A DNA stretch of 58,940 nucleotides, counting the filler. It is 4 parts of 4 records of this genome, joined end to end, with 100 filler letters (N's around TTAATTAATTAA, not from the genome) between each part and the next. Parts side by side here need not be neighbours in the genome. Positions count along the whole stretch, not along the records: positions 42,848 to 49,802 come from SRR20825019_273; positions 49,903 to 58,940 come from SRR20825019_276; 2 more parts are not named here. One strand, 5' to 3'. The translations under genes were made by a program, and so were the position numbers. The notes beneath the pieces are model-generated. The model ran no database searches. It had not been told where the DNA came from and saw only the letters and a list, made by a program, of their open reading frames with translations. The first letter of the stretch is position 1. Every line of letters starts with the position of its first letter. This document shows positions 46,406-56,971 of the stretch, one piece after another.

Positions 46406-48646
46406 ATGCCGATCACACCAATTTTCAAACGTCATACATTCAGTACGCTATTGCTGGCGTCTGTCAGTATGTCTGCTGTTGTTGCCCTTCCCGCCCATGC
46501 GCAGGACGCGACGGAGAGCAGCACAAACAGCACACAGACCGAAACCGACGATACCATCAAGCTCGACCCGATCCGGGTCGAGGACAACGCCACATCACAG
46601 GCAGGCGATCCCACCCCGCCGGTCTATGCCGGTGGCCAGGTCGCGACCGGTGGCCGGGCCGGTATATTGGGCAACAAGGACAATCTGGATATCCCGGTCA
46701 GCATCACCAGCTATACCAGCGAAGTGATCAAAAACCAGCAGGCCGATACACTTGCCGATGTGGTTGATAACGATCCGGGCGTTCTGACATCCTACAGCTA
46801 TGGCGGATCGGGTGACCGCTTCATGATCCGCGGCTTCGTTCTTGACGGTGATGATGTGATGCTGGATGGCCTTTATGGCACGGCACCGCGCCAGTTGATC
46901 GACATGTCGATGTATGAGCGGGTCGAAGTTGTCAAAGGCGCATCGGCATTCATCAACGGCATGTCACCGGGCGGCAGCGGCATTGGCGGCGGCATTAACC
47001 TTATCCCCAAACGCGCGACAGATGATCCGATCACCAGTGTCACGACATTCTATGAAATGAACAGCCAGACCGGCGGGCATGTCGATTTCGGACGGCGTTT
47101 TGGCAAAGATAACCAGTTCGGCATTCGTGCCAATCTGAAATATGCCGACGGTGAAACCGCCATCGATGACGAAGACCGCAACAGCCAGATCGGGTCGCTG
47201 TCATTCGATTATCGCGGCGATGATACCCGCATCACGGTCGATGCCGGGCATAATGAAAAGAATATTGATCATGGGCGGACATCGGTAAATCTGCTCGGCA
47301 CGCTTACGAACATCCCCGATGCCCCGGATGCCAGCCACAATTACAATGCGGATGGGACATGGGCCGACCTTGAGGACAGCTTTGTCCAGGGACGGATCGA
47401 GCATGATGTGAACGACTATCTTATGGCCTATGCCGCCGCAGGCACCCGCCACATGGAAGAATCCGGGATTTATTCAACCCCGCGCATTACCGGTACTGAT
47501 GGCACCATGACCTATGGCGGTTCGACCATCATTCGCGAAGATACGACCAATAGTGCGCTGACCGGTGCGCGCGTTAAATTTGAAACCGGCGTGGTAAAGC
47601 ATGAACTGAATGCCGGGGTTTCCTACCTTCAGAACAAAAGCCATCAGGCATGGGCGTTTTCGCCCGGTGCGTCGGCGTTTACCGGCAATATTTACGGGCC
47701 AACCCCCACGGGCTATCCGGCGCTGGCAGCGCCATCAGGCAATCTGAGCGATCCGGGGCTTCGTAATATCAACGAACTGACCAGCTATTTTCTGGCTGAT
47801 ACCGTCAGCTTCCTTGATGACCGCGTCAGCGTCACGGCTGGCATTCGCCGTCAGTCGGTCAATACCAAGCAGTTCGATCTGACCAGCGGTGCACAATCAA
47901 GCAACTATGACGCGGACGAATATACGCCGATGGTCGGCATCGTCGGCAATGTGACCGATCAGGTGTCGGTTTATGCCAACTATATGGAATCCCTGTCGCC
48001 CGGCGAAACAGCCGCCAGTGCGGCAAGTGACGCCACCCTGACCAACCCGAGCGAACAGTTGGCCCCATACACGTCCGAGCAATATGAAATCGGGGCAAAG
48101 GCGGATTTCGGCAGCTTTGGCGGTAGTGTCGCCCTGTTTCAGATTTCCAAGCCGTTTTCTTATAAAAATGCCAGCAACACCTTTGCCGCAGACGGCGAGC
48201 AGCAGAACCGCGGCGTTGAATTCCAGATCTTTGGCGAGCCTGTGACCGGCACCCGCATTCTGGGCGGTATCACGGTTTATGACGCGGAACTAACCGATAC
48301 CCAGAACGGCACCAATGACGGCAACACGCCGATTGGCATTCCCGATTACGTTGCCAAGCTTGGCATCGAATATGACCTGCCGTTCCTTAAAGGTGCGACG
48401 GTCAATGCGCGTGCGGTTCACACGGCATCGCAATATGTCAATGCGACCAATACCCTTTCGATCCCGTCATGGACACGCCTTGACCTTGGTGCGCGGTACA
48501 CGACCGAGGTGCACGAATATCCCGTCACCATCCGTGCCAATATCGAAAACGTCACGGATAGCGATTACTGGGCGTCGGCGAATGGCGGTTACCTGACGAT
48601 GGGGGCACCGTTGACGGCAAAGCTGTCTCTGACCGCGGATTTCTGA
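46406..48646 (+). CDS. TonB-dependent siderophore receptor
   Basis: Signal peptide, TonB-box-like LDPIRV, plug (IRGF, DG.YG, ERVEVVKGA, GG.INL.PKR), IENVTD..YW, terminal F. Confidence 0.95.
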   Translation: MPITPIFKRHTFSTLLLASVSMSAVVALPAHAQDATESSTNSTQTETDDTIKLDPIRVEDNATSQAGDPTPPVYAGGQVATGGRAGILGNKDNLDIPVSITSYTSEVIKNQQADTLADVVDNDPGVLTSYSYGGSGDRFMIRGFVLDGDDVMLDGLYGTAPRQLIDMSMYERVEVVKGASAFINGMSPGGSGIGGGINLIPKRATDDPITSVTTFYEMNSQTGGHVDFGRRFGKDNQFGIRANLKYADGETAIDDEDRNSQIGSLSFDYRGDDTRITVDAGHNEKNIDHGRTSVNLLGTLTNIPDAPDASHNYNADGTWADLEDSFVQGRIEHDVNDYLMAYAAAGTRHMEESGIYSTPRITGTDGTMTYGGSTIIREDTTNSALTGARVKFETGVVKHELNAGVSYLQNKSHQAWAFSPGASAFTGNIYGPTPTGYPALAAPSGNLSDPGLRNINELTSYFLADTVSFLDDRVSVTAGIRRQSVNTKQFDLTSGAQSSNYDADEYTPMVGIVGNVTDQVSVYANYMESLSPGETAASAASDATLTNPSEQLAPYTSEQYEIGAKADFGSFGGSVALFQISKPFSYKNASNTFAADGEQQNRGVEFQIFGEPVTGTRILGGITVYDAELTDTQNGTNDGNTPIGIPDYVAKLGIEYDLPFLKGATVNARAVHTASQYVNATNTLSIPSWTRLDLGARYTTEVHEYPVTIRANIENVTDSDYWASANGGYLTMGAPLTAKLSLTADF

Positions 48647-48670
48647 TCCCGGCAGATGGATGGACCAAAG

Positions 48671-48701
48671 AAAACGCCGCCTTTTTCAGGGCGGCGTTTT
48701 T
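48671..48701. terminator. Bidirectional terminator
   Basis: AAAACGCCGCCT-TTTTCA-GGGCGGCGTTTTT. Confidence 0.85.
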
Positions 48702-48726
48702 ACGTTAACCGGTCTTGCCTGACCTA

Positions 48727-49802
48727 TCAGGCGCGTACTTTGGCCTCGGAAAGACCCAGCGCGCCAAGGGCGGTTTTGACGATGCTTTGCGCATCCAATC
48801 CCGCCTTGGCATATTGAATGTCGGGCTTGTCGTGATCGATCAGGGCGTCGGGCAAGGCCATGGTGCGGACTTTGAGCCCGTGATCGAGCAATCCCTGCCC
48901 TGCCATATGCTGCAACACCATTGCGCCAAAGCCGCCGATGGAGCCTTCTTCAATCGTGATCAGGACTTCGTGGTTGCGGGCCAGATCGGCGATCAGGGCA
49001 TGATCAAGCGGCTTGGCAAAGCGGGCATCGGCAACCGTTGCCGGAAGGCCGCGTGCGGCAAGGTCTTCGGCGGCCAGCATCGCCTCTGCCAAACGGGTGC
49101 CGTAGGACAGGATGGCGATTTTGCCGCCTTCGCGCAGGATGCGGCCCTTACCGATTTCAAGAACCTTGCCCTCGGCCGGCATTTCAACGCCGACACCCTC
49201 GCCCCTCGGATAGCGGAAGGCACTGGGGCGGTCATCAATCGCCCATGCGGTTGTGGTCATATGGACCAGTTCGGCCTCGTCCGCCGCCGCCATCAGAACG
49301 ATATTGGGCAAACAGCCAAGATAGGCAATGTCATAGGCCCCGGCATGGGTTGCGCCATCCGCCCCGACAAGCCCGGCACGATCCATGGCGAAACGGACCG
49401 GCAGGTTCTGGATCACGACATCATGCACCACCTGATCATAGGCGCGTTGCAGGAAGGTCGAATAGAGCGTGCAAAAAGGTTTGTATCCCTCGCACGCCAT
49501 CCCGGCGGCAAAGGTCACGGCATGCTGTTCGGCGATGCCGACGTCAAAGGCACGATCGGGGAACCGTTTGGCAAAGATATTAACCCCGGTGCCCGATGGC
49601 ATGGCGGCCGTGATCGCAGTGATCCTGTCATCGGTTTCGGCAAGCTTGGTCAGCGTTTCGCCGTAAACCTTGGTGTAGGATGGTGCATTGGGTGTGGCCT
49701 TGGCCTGCTTGCCGGTGACGACATCGAATTTGGCGACACCGTGATATTTGTCGGCGGCATTTTCGGCCGGGCCATAGCCCTTGCCCTTCTGGGTCACGAC
49801 AT
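48727..49802 (-). CDS. dxs: 1-deoxy-D-xylulose-5-phosphate synthase (5' partial)
   Basis: [54 protein letters not shown]. Confidence 0.97.
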
Positions 49803-49902
49803 NNNNNNNNNNNNNNNNNNNNNNNNNNNNNNNNNNNNNNNNNNNNTTAATTAATTAANNNNNNNNNNNNNNNNNNNNNNNNNNNNNNNNNNNNNNNNNN
49901 NN
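49803..49902. other. Artificial contig spacer
   Basis: N-run-TTAATTAATTAA-N-run. Confidence 0.98.
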
Positions 49903-50236
49903 GCCAGTCGGCCTTGGCATGAAAGAAGGTCAACGTCAGTTCGCCCGTGTCATCGTGGAGATAAACACGATAGGGCGCATTGGAGCGTTGGGGGGCTGGC
50001 TGATGGCGGTCGACTCGCCCCTCAACGGTGACAACCGCACCTTCGGGTAAATAGGCTATGCCCGGCTTGAGGCGACGATCGATTATCGTATGTGGTGTGT
50101 GAAAAATCAGGTCGATAACGCGGCAGTCGTCCTCGTCCCGCCCCGTCAGGCGGGCAAGCACTTTGGCAAGTTTCGGCCCGATACCGGAAAGTGAGGTCAC
50201 GGGAGCGAACAGGGGATCAAGCAAAGCCGGTCTCAT
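49903..50236 (-). CDS. recG: ATP-dependent DNA helicase RecG (N-terminus, 3' partial)
   Basis: MRPALLDPLFAPVTSLSGIGPK...DL.FH.P...DRR, D.TGEL.L.FF; divergent from sdhE-mfd. Confidence 0.92.
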
Positions 50237-50330
50237 AACCTATGAAATGTACCGATCCCGATGCTTTGGCAAGGCTGACAAGGTGTGTTCGACCCGTTAT
50301 AGAGACAAATCAACAAGGAAGGTTTTTCAG

Positions 50331-50633
50331 ATGACTGGACTGAAACGCTCAAGCGCCGATCTCGACCCGCGCCGCCGCCGCATTCTGTTTCGTTGCTGGC
50401 ACAGGGGAATCCGTGAAATGGATCTTATCCTCGGTCAGTTCGCAGAAAATAACATCGCCCTTCTGGATGAGGCCACGCTCGATACACTGGAAGCAATCAT
50501 GGAGGCGGAAGACAACGATCTGATCAAGTGGATCAATGGCGCCGAACCTGTTCCGGAGCGCTTTCAGGTTCCACTGTTTGAACAGATCGCATCCTATCGT
50601 CCGGATTTTGATCCGGTTGAAAATAATATTTGA
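50331..50633 (+). CDS. sdhE: FAD assembly factor SdhE
   Basis: RRRILFRCWHRGIREMDLILG. Confidence 0.93.
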   Translation: MTGLKRSSADLDPRRRRILFRCWHRGIREMDLILGQFAENNIALLDEATLDTLEAIMEAEDNDLIKWINGAEPVPERFQVPLFEQIASYRPDFDPVENNI

Positions 50634-50649
50634 GGCGACTTTAAAGCTG

Positions 50650-53600
50650 ATGATTGCCGGATTTAACCCGAAAAAGCTCGATGGCCTCAGTGGGGCTGTA
50701 ACAATCTCCAACGCTATAGCCGGCACTGAACCACTGGTTCTGGCCGAAATGGCCCGCGGCGGTCAGGCGGTGGCCTACATTCTTTCAGATGGCCAGCGCA
50801 TTGCCGATGTTGAACAAATGCTGGGGTTTGTCGCACCCGATATTCCGGTTTTAACGCTGCCGGCCTGGGACTGTCTTCCCTATGACCGCGTTTCCCCGGC
50901 AGCAGATACGGCCGCACGGCGTTTGTCCGCTCTGTCTGGTCTCGTGCAGCACGGCAAAAAACCGCATCCGGCGATCCTGCTGGTAACGGTCAACGCCATG
51001 TTGCAGAAACTGCCTGAGCGGCAGGTTATTGAGACATTGGGCTTTTCCGCGCGTGCCGGACAGATCATCGATATGAACGATATTGTTCACCGGTTGATGC
51101 AGGCCGGTTTCGAGCGTGTTCCGACCGTGCGCGAGGTCGGTGAGTATGCTGTGCGCGGGGGTATTCTTGATGTTCTTGTGCCTGGAAATGAAAGCGGCGT
51201 CAGGTTAGATTTTTTCGGTGATACACTCGAAAGTATTCGTGCTTTCGATCCGGCCAATCAGCGCACAACCGGCACCGTTACGGCGCTTGATCTGAACGCC
51301 ATGAGTGAAGTGGCTCTGACGCAGGAGACGATTGCCCGTTTTCGAAAAAACTATCTGTCACTCTTCGGTGCGGCAACGCGCGACGATGCACTTTATCAGG
51401 CGATTTCCGAAGGCCGGCGCTATGCAGGAATGGAGCACTGGCTTCCACTCTTTTATGACCGGCTCGATACGATGTTCGAGTATCTTAAGGATTTTCGGAT
51501 TGTCGTTGACCACAGTGCCCGCGAAGCGGCGACCGAACGTGCAGAGCTGATCCGCGACTATTATGAATCGCGGCTCGCCAACATGAAAGAAGGGCATGGC
51601 GGCCATGGAGCGCCATACAAGCCTGTTCCTCCGGATATGCTTTATCTGAATTCTGACCAGTTCAATGAAGGGTTGAAATCCAGCCGATCGGTGAGGCTTT
51701 CTCCGTTCAATGAGCCCTCTGTGGTTGGAAAGCCCGTCATCGCGCTTGATGCCCATGCCGGGCCGCGATGGGCCAAACAGGCTCAGGCGGCTAATTCAGA
51801 GGAACGTGTCAATGTTTTTGAACAGGCCGTCGCCCATATCGCAGATAAGCGCGCCAGCGGTGGCAGGGTTCTCATAACAGGCTGGTCGGAGGGTTCTCTG
51901 GACCGGCTTTTGCAGGTCTTGAAAGAACACGAACTTCAGAAGATCAAGCCGGTTAAAGCTCTTTCTGATTTGAGCAAACTCAAGAAGGGTGAAGCGGCGA
52001 GTGCTGTGCTGAACCTTGAATCCGGATTTGAAACCGGCGATCTGTTCGTGATTGGTGAACAGGATATTCTTGGCGATCGCCTGATCCGGAAAACCAGAAA
52101 ACGCAAAAAAGCCAGTGACTTCATATCGGAGGTTTCAGGGCTGGATGAAGGTTCGTTTGTCGTTCACGCAGAGCACGGAATTGGTAAATTTACAGGTTTG
52201 AGGACGATTGAGGCCGCCGGAGCGCCACGCGATTGCCTCGAGCTTCTTTACGCCGAAGGTGCCAAGCTGTTCCTTCCCGTGGAGAACATCGAGCTTTTGT
52301 CTCGCTACGGTTCGGAAGCAGCCGATGTGCCGCTTGACCGGCTCGGTGGCGGCGCATGGCAGGCCAAAAAAGCCAAGCTCAAGAAACGCCTGCTGGATAT
52401 GGCTGACGAATTGATTGCCATAGCTGCCAAACGCGCGACCCGCACGGCGCCGTCACTGACAGCGACGGAGGGGCTTTACGATGAATTTTCCGCTCGCTTC
52501 CCTTATGAAGAAACAGAAGATCAGGAAAGCGCCATTGTCGCCGTTCGTGATGATCTCGGTGCTGGCAAGCCGATGGACCGATTGATATGCGGGGATGTTG
52601 GCTTTGGCAAAACGGAAATAGCGCTCAGAGCGGCTTTCCTTGCTGCGATGAATGGTGTGCAGGTGGCCGTCGTTGTCCCGACGACATTGCTGGCCCGTCA
52701 GCATTTCAAGACCTTTGCCGAGCGTTTCCGTGGTCTGCCGATCAAGGTAGCTCAGGCGTCGCGCCTGGTTAGCGCGAAAGAGCTGTCGCAGACGAAAAGG
52801 GGCCTGGCCGACGGCAAAGTCGATATCGTCGTCGGCACACATGCGCTTTTGGGGTCGACCATTAAATTCGCCAATCTCGGCCTTTTGATCATCGACGAAG
52901 AACAGCATTTCGGCGTGAAGCACAAGGAGCGGCTCAAGGAACTGAAAAGCGACGTGCATGTGCTGACACTTTCGGCAACGCCGATTCCACGCACGCTTCA
53001 ACTGGCGATGACCGGTGTGCGTGAACTGTCGCTGATCACCACGGCGCCGGTTGACCGAATGGCAGTCAGAACCTTTATTTCGCCTTTTGATCCGCTGGTC
53101 ATCCGTGAAAACCTGATGCGTGAACACTATCGCGGTGGTCAAAGCTTTTATGTTTGTCCGCGTGTTTCCGACCTTGAAGATGTCCATGCTTTTCTCCAAG
53201 CCGAAGTGCCGGAGCTAAAGGTGGCCGTCGCTCATGGTCAGATGGCGGCCAGCGAGTTGGAAGACATCATGAATGCCTTTTATGACGGCAAGTATGATAT
53301 TCTGCTTTCCACGACGATTGTCGAATCCGGCCTTGATGTCCCCACCGCAAATACGCTGATCGTCCATCGTGCCGATATGTTTGGCCTCGCTCAGCTTTAT
53401 CAGTTGCGTGGCCGCGTGGGACGCTCAAAAATCCGGGCATTTGCGCTCTTCACCCTGCCGGTAAACAAGCGGCTTACCGATATGGCCGACCGACGGCTGA
53501 AAGTGCTACAATCTCTGGATACTCTGGGAGCAGGTTTTCAGCTCGCCAGTCACGATCTTGATATTCGCGGTGCGGGAAATCTGCTTGGAGAGGAGCAATC

Positions 53601-54147
53601 CGGCCATATCAAGGAGGTTGGCTTCGAACTCTACCAGCAAATGCTGGAAGAGGCGGTTGCCGAGGCCAAGGGCGAGGAAGATGCCGGTGGCAATGACTGG
53701 TCGCCACAGATCGCTCTCGGTGCATCGGTGATGATTCCGGAAAGCTATGTGCCTGATCTTAACCTCAGAATGGGGCTCTATCGCAGACTTGGTGACCTCA
53801 ACGATCCTGGTGATATTGATGCCTTCGGCGCGGAACTGATTGATCGCTTCGGGCCTATGCCGGAAGAGGTTCAGTCGTTGCTGAAGGTTGTTTTCATCAA
53901 ATCACTTTGCCGGACTGCCAATGTCGAGAAGCTTGATGCAGGGCCAAAAGGTATTGTTGTACAATTCCGAAACCAAGAATTTCCAAATCCCGCCGGCCTG
54001 GTGCAGTTCATCTCGGAAAACAGTGTCTCGGCGAAAATTCGCGCAGATCAGAGCATTTACTTTAATCGCGACCTGCCAACCCCGGAGAAACGTCTCGGGC
54101 AGGCAGCCATCACCATGAACAAGCTGGCAAAAATCGCGGTTGGTTAA
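50650..54147 (+). CDS. mfd: Transcription-repair coupling factor
   Basis: WDCLPYDRVSP, VRGGILD, CGDVGFGKTE, DEEQHFGV, SATPIPRT, QLRGRVGR, TRCF domain. Confidence 0.98.
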   Translation: MIAGFNPKKLDGLSGAVTISNAIAGTEPLVLAEMARGGQAVAYILSDGQRIADVEQMLGFVAPDIPVLTLPAWDCLPYDRVSPAADTAARRLSALSGLVQHGKKPHPAILLVTVNAMLQKLPERQVIETLGFSARAGQIIDMNDIVHRLMQAGFERVPTVREVGEYAVRGGILDVLVPGNESGVRLDFFGDTLESIRAFDPANQRTTGTVTALDLNAMSEVALTQETIARFRKNYLSLFGAATRDDALYQAISEGRRYAGMEHWLPLFYDRLDTMFEYLKDFRIVVDHSAREAATERAELIRDYYESRLANMKEGHGGHGAPYKPVPPDMLYLNSDQFNEGLKSSRSVRLSPFNEPSVVGKPVIALDAHAGPRWAKQAQAANSEERVNVFEQAVAHIADKRASGGRVLITGWSEGSLDRLLQVLKEHELQKIKPVKALSDLSKLKKGEAASAVLNLESGFETGDLFVIGEQDILGDRLIRKTRKRKKASDFISEVSGLDEGSFVVHAEHGIGKFTGLRTIEAAGAPRDCLELLYAEGAKLFLPVENIELLSRYGSEAADVPLDRLGGGAWQAKKAKLKKRLLDMADELIAIAAKRATRTAPSLTATEGLYDEFSARFPYEETEDQESAIVAVRDDLGAGKPMDRLICGDVGFGKTEIALRAAFLAAMNGVQVAVVVPTTLLARQHFKTFAERFRGLPIKVAQASRLVSAKELSQTKRGLADGKVDIVVGTHALLGSTIKFANLGLLIIDEEQHFGVKHKERLKELKSDVHVLTLSATPIPRTLQLAMTGVRELSLITTAPVDRMAVRTFISPFDPLVIRENLMREHYRGGQSFYVCPRVSDLEDVHAFLQAEVPELKVAVAHGQMAASELEDIMNAFYDGKYDILLSTTIVESGLDVPTANTLIVHRADMFGLAQLYQLRGRVGRSKIRAFALFTLPVNKRLTDMADRRLKVLQSLDTLGAGFQLASHDLDIRGAGNLLGEEQSGHIKEVGFELYQQMLEEAVAEAKGEEDAGGNDWSPQIALGASVMIPESYVPDLNLRMGLYRRLGDLNDPGDIDAFGAELIDRFGPMPEEVQSLLKVVFIKSLCRTANVEKLDAGPKGIVVQFRNQEFPNPAGLVQFISENSVSAKIRADQSIYFNRDLPTPEKRLGQAAITMNKLAKIAVG

Positions 54148-54169
54148 GTCAGTCGAACAAAAAGGACGA

Positions 54170-54195
54170 AAACCCCGGAATGATATCCGGGGTTT
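54170..54195. terminator. Hairpin between convergent genes
   Basis: AAACCCCGGA-ATGATA-TCCGGGGTTT. Confidence 0.8.
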
Positions 54196-54227
54196 AAAAT
54201 ATGGTTTTGTGGCTGTTCGACCTGAAC

Positions 54228-54875
54228 TCAGGAAACCGCCGACAGCTGGGTGAGGGCGTTTTGCAGCACTTCGGCAGACTGCGCACCACTGACGGCGTAT
54301 TGACCGTTGAACACAAAGAACGGCACACCGGTCACACCCATCTGGTGAGCGTTGTCGATTTCGCTGCGCACCATTTCCGTGTCGGAATCGCTTTCTAAAA
54401 GCCTGAGCACAACATCGCGGTTCATGCCGGATTCTGCTGCGATATCCGCGAGAACAGCGTGCTCTCCGATATTACGACCTTCTTCGAAATTAGCTTTAAA
54501 CAGTTTGTCGATCACCACATTCTGAAGCGTTACGCTTTCCGTGTGTGCCCAGAGCAAAAGCCGGTGGGCATCGAAAGTGTTAGGACGGACCAGAACACGA
54601 TCAAAATGAAAATCGATCCCTACTTCGCGCCCAAGCTCTGTGATCTGCGTGTGCATTTCATCGACACGTATGGCGCTGCCAATCTTCTCGACAAGCATGG
54701 CGTGGTTGTCGACGCCCTCTTCAGGCGTATCGGAATCCAGCTCATACGGACGCCACTGAACAACAACGGCTATTTCGTCTTCCAGTGCCTGGATCGCACG
54801 GTCCAGACGTGCCTTTCCGAGATAGCACCAAGGGCAGACGACATCGACAATAGCATCGACGGTGATGGTTTTCAT
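54228..54875 (-). CDS. DsbA-family (FrnE-like) oxidoreductase
   Basis: DVVCPWCYLG, PNTFDAHRL, GVTGVPFF, SGAQ. Confidence 0.93.
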   Translation of the reverse strand: MKTITVDAIVDVVCPWCYLGKARLDRAIQALEDEIAVVVQWRPYELDSDTPEEGVDNHAMLVEKIGSAIRVDEMHTQITELGREVGIDFHFDRVLVRPNTFDAHRLLLWAHTESVTLQNVVIDKLFKANFEEGRNIGEHAVLADIAAESGMNRDVVLRLLESDSDTEMVRSEIDNAHQMGVTGVPFFVFNGQYAVSGAQSAEVLQNALTQLSAVS

Positions 54876-54905
54876 GGGGTCTGTCCTTCGGTGTTCTAGA
54901 GCCTT

Positions 54906-56729
54906 CTACTGCACACTTGCGTCCCACCAGGTCGGAAACTCATAACCGTAGATCGGTGTCTCTTCAGGATGGGAGATATGCTTCCAGCGTGCGATCCATT
55001 CGCCTTCGCGGTGATAAAGCGGGAGCACGTAATGACCGCTCACGAGAAGCCGGTCAAGAGCTCGCACGGAATCTGTAAATTTTTCCGTTGAACGGGCGGT
55101 AACCATCGCATTGATCATCCGGTCGATATCTTCATCATTCACACCGGCAAAATTGAATGTGCCGTCAATATCGCGTGAACGTGAATCCCAGCGCCAGATC
55201 TGCTCGGCCCCCGGGGAAAGAGACGAAGAGTAGTAGAAACCCGGCTGAATCAGGATCATCGTATCATAGTCGAATGTATTCAGACGTTTTTGATACTGGG
55301 CGTCGTCCACCGTGCGGATTGCCATATCAATCCCGATCAGAGCCAGCGAATGCTGATAGGCCAGAGCCAGTTTTTCCTGGTTCTCATTTGTCGTCATCAC
55401 TTCAAAGGCCAATGGCTGCCCATTTGAACCGATCATCTTGCCATTGCTGATTTTATAACCGGCTTCTGCCATCTGGCGGACCGCCTTGCCCAAAACCTCT
55501 CGGTCTGCGCCTGAGCCATTGGTAACCGGCATTTGATAGGTTCCGTCGAGGATGGATTGTGGCAGGTCATCGGCAGCCTTGCCCAGGAGTTCAAGCTCGT
55601 TCTCGCTTGCCGGGTTTCCGAACGCGCCGAGTACTGAGTTTTGCCAGTAGCTTTCAGTGCGCTTATAGGTATTGTCGAAAAGGGTACGGTTCACCCACTG
55701 AAAATCAAAAATATCCGAAAGCGCTTCACGAACACGGACATCGGCAAATTTCGGGCGACGTGTATTGAAGACGAAACCGGTCATGCCTGTCGGGGTTTGA
55801 GGATAAAAAACATCCTTTATTACGTCACCACTTTCGGCTGCGGGAAAGTTGTAGGCGCGGGCCCAGTGGCTTGGGCTGTTGTCGATGTAAACATCCACAG
55901 CGCCTTTCTTGAACGCCTCAAACAACGAGGATTCCTGGAGATAGTAATCGATTGTTATTGTATCATAATTGTCGAATCCCACCTTCGAAGGCAGATCTCT
56001 GGCCCAGTAATCCGGGTTGCGTTTGTAAACGATCCGCTGACCGGGTTCGACCTTTTCGATCAGATAAGGACCTGATCCCACTGGCGTGTTCATGGTATCA
56101 GTATCAAAGGTTTCCGTGTTGATCGCATGTTCCGGGAAAACTGGCATAAGCGCGAAAATCAGCGGTGTCTCGCGATTGGCTTTTTCATTAAAGGTAAAAC
56201 GGACGCTGTGTTCGCCAACCTTTTTCATGTTTTCAACCAGATCAAGACGGCGATTATAGGGAGGGCGCCCCTTGTCATTCAGCAGATTGAAGGTGAAAAT
56301 CACATCTTCCGGAGTAACAGCCTCACCATCCGACCATTCAGCATCCGGGTTGAGGTTGAACTGTATATAGCTGCGGTCATCATCCCACTCGACAGTTTCA
56401 GCAATAAGGCCGTAGAGCGTAAATGGTTCATCGCGAGAGCGCTGCATCAAAGGCTCATAGATCAGGTGGCCGATTTCTTCTTCCCAGGTGCCTCGCGCCG
56501 ATGAGCGCATACCTTTCAGTACGAATGGATTGAGGCTGTCGAAGGAGCCAACGACGCCGTATGTGATTTCACCGCCCTTGGTGACACCGGGGTTCACGTA
56601 GGAAAAGTGTTTGTAGTTCGGTGGCAGGGCAGGGTTGCCATGCATGGCAATGCCGTATTGCGGTTCGGCCAGGGCTGTACTGGACAGACCGACAAAAAGA
56701 AAAAAAGAGAAAAAAAGACCAAAGCGCAT
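54906..56729 (-). CDS. Family 5 extracellular solute-binding protein (YejA-like)
   Basis: IAMHG.P.LP...HF.YVNP, FDSLNPF, DEPFTLYGL.AE, GSGPY, FNTRR; start 56729 or 56771. Confidence 0.92.
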   Translation of the reverse strand: MRFGLFFSFFLFVGLSSTALAEPQYGIAMHGNPALPPNYKHFSYVNPGVTKGGEITYGVVGSFDSLNPFVLKGMRSSARGTWEEEIGHLIYEPLMQRSRDEPFTLYGLIAETVEWDDDRSYIQFNLNPDAEWSDGEAVTPEDVIFTFNLLNDKGRPPYNRRLDLVENMKKVGEHSVRFTFNEKANRETPLIFALMPVFPEHAINTETFDTDTMNTPVGSGPYLIEKVEPGQRIVYKRNPDYWARDLPSKVGFDNYDTITIDYYLQESSLFEAFKKGAVDVYIDNSPSHWARAYNFPAAESGDVIKDVFYPQTPTGMTGFVFNTRRPKFADVRVREALSDIFDFQWVNRTLFDNTYKRTESYWQNSVLGAFGNPASENELELLGKAADDLPQSILDGTYQMPVTNGSGADREVLGKAVRQMAEAGYKISNGKMIGSNGQPLAFEVMTTNENQEKLALAYQHSLALIGIDMAIRTVDDAQYQKRLNTFDYDTMILIQPGFYYSSSLSPGAEQIWRWDSRSRDIDGTFNFAGVNDEDIDRMINAMVTARSTEKFTDSVRALDRLLVSGHYVLPLYHREGEWIARWKHISHPEETPIYGYEFPTWWDASVQ

Positions 56730-56971
56730 CGACTCGTCCCGCGTTAACCACCACTTTTCGAATCGTAACATGACGCTCCTGAGAAGCGAAATTCGAGAAA
56801 GAAATTATGACCGTTTGTATTTTTTACCAAAATCAGGGGTAGATAAGAGCTGTCTTGAGCGGTATCAGAGAATCCAGTGAACAAGAACGGCAAGGCTGCC
56901 GCATTTCGGCAACAATGCCGATGCAGGGTCGGTCAAACGGTTTTTTTGTACTTAACCAGGAGAGATTACTT

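Noticed and set aside
56693-56716. Poly-A runs as a phase-variation tract in the YejA-like gene
   Set aside because: Runs are at most about 7-8 nt and encode the Phe-rich signal peptide; the frame is intact.
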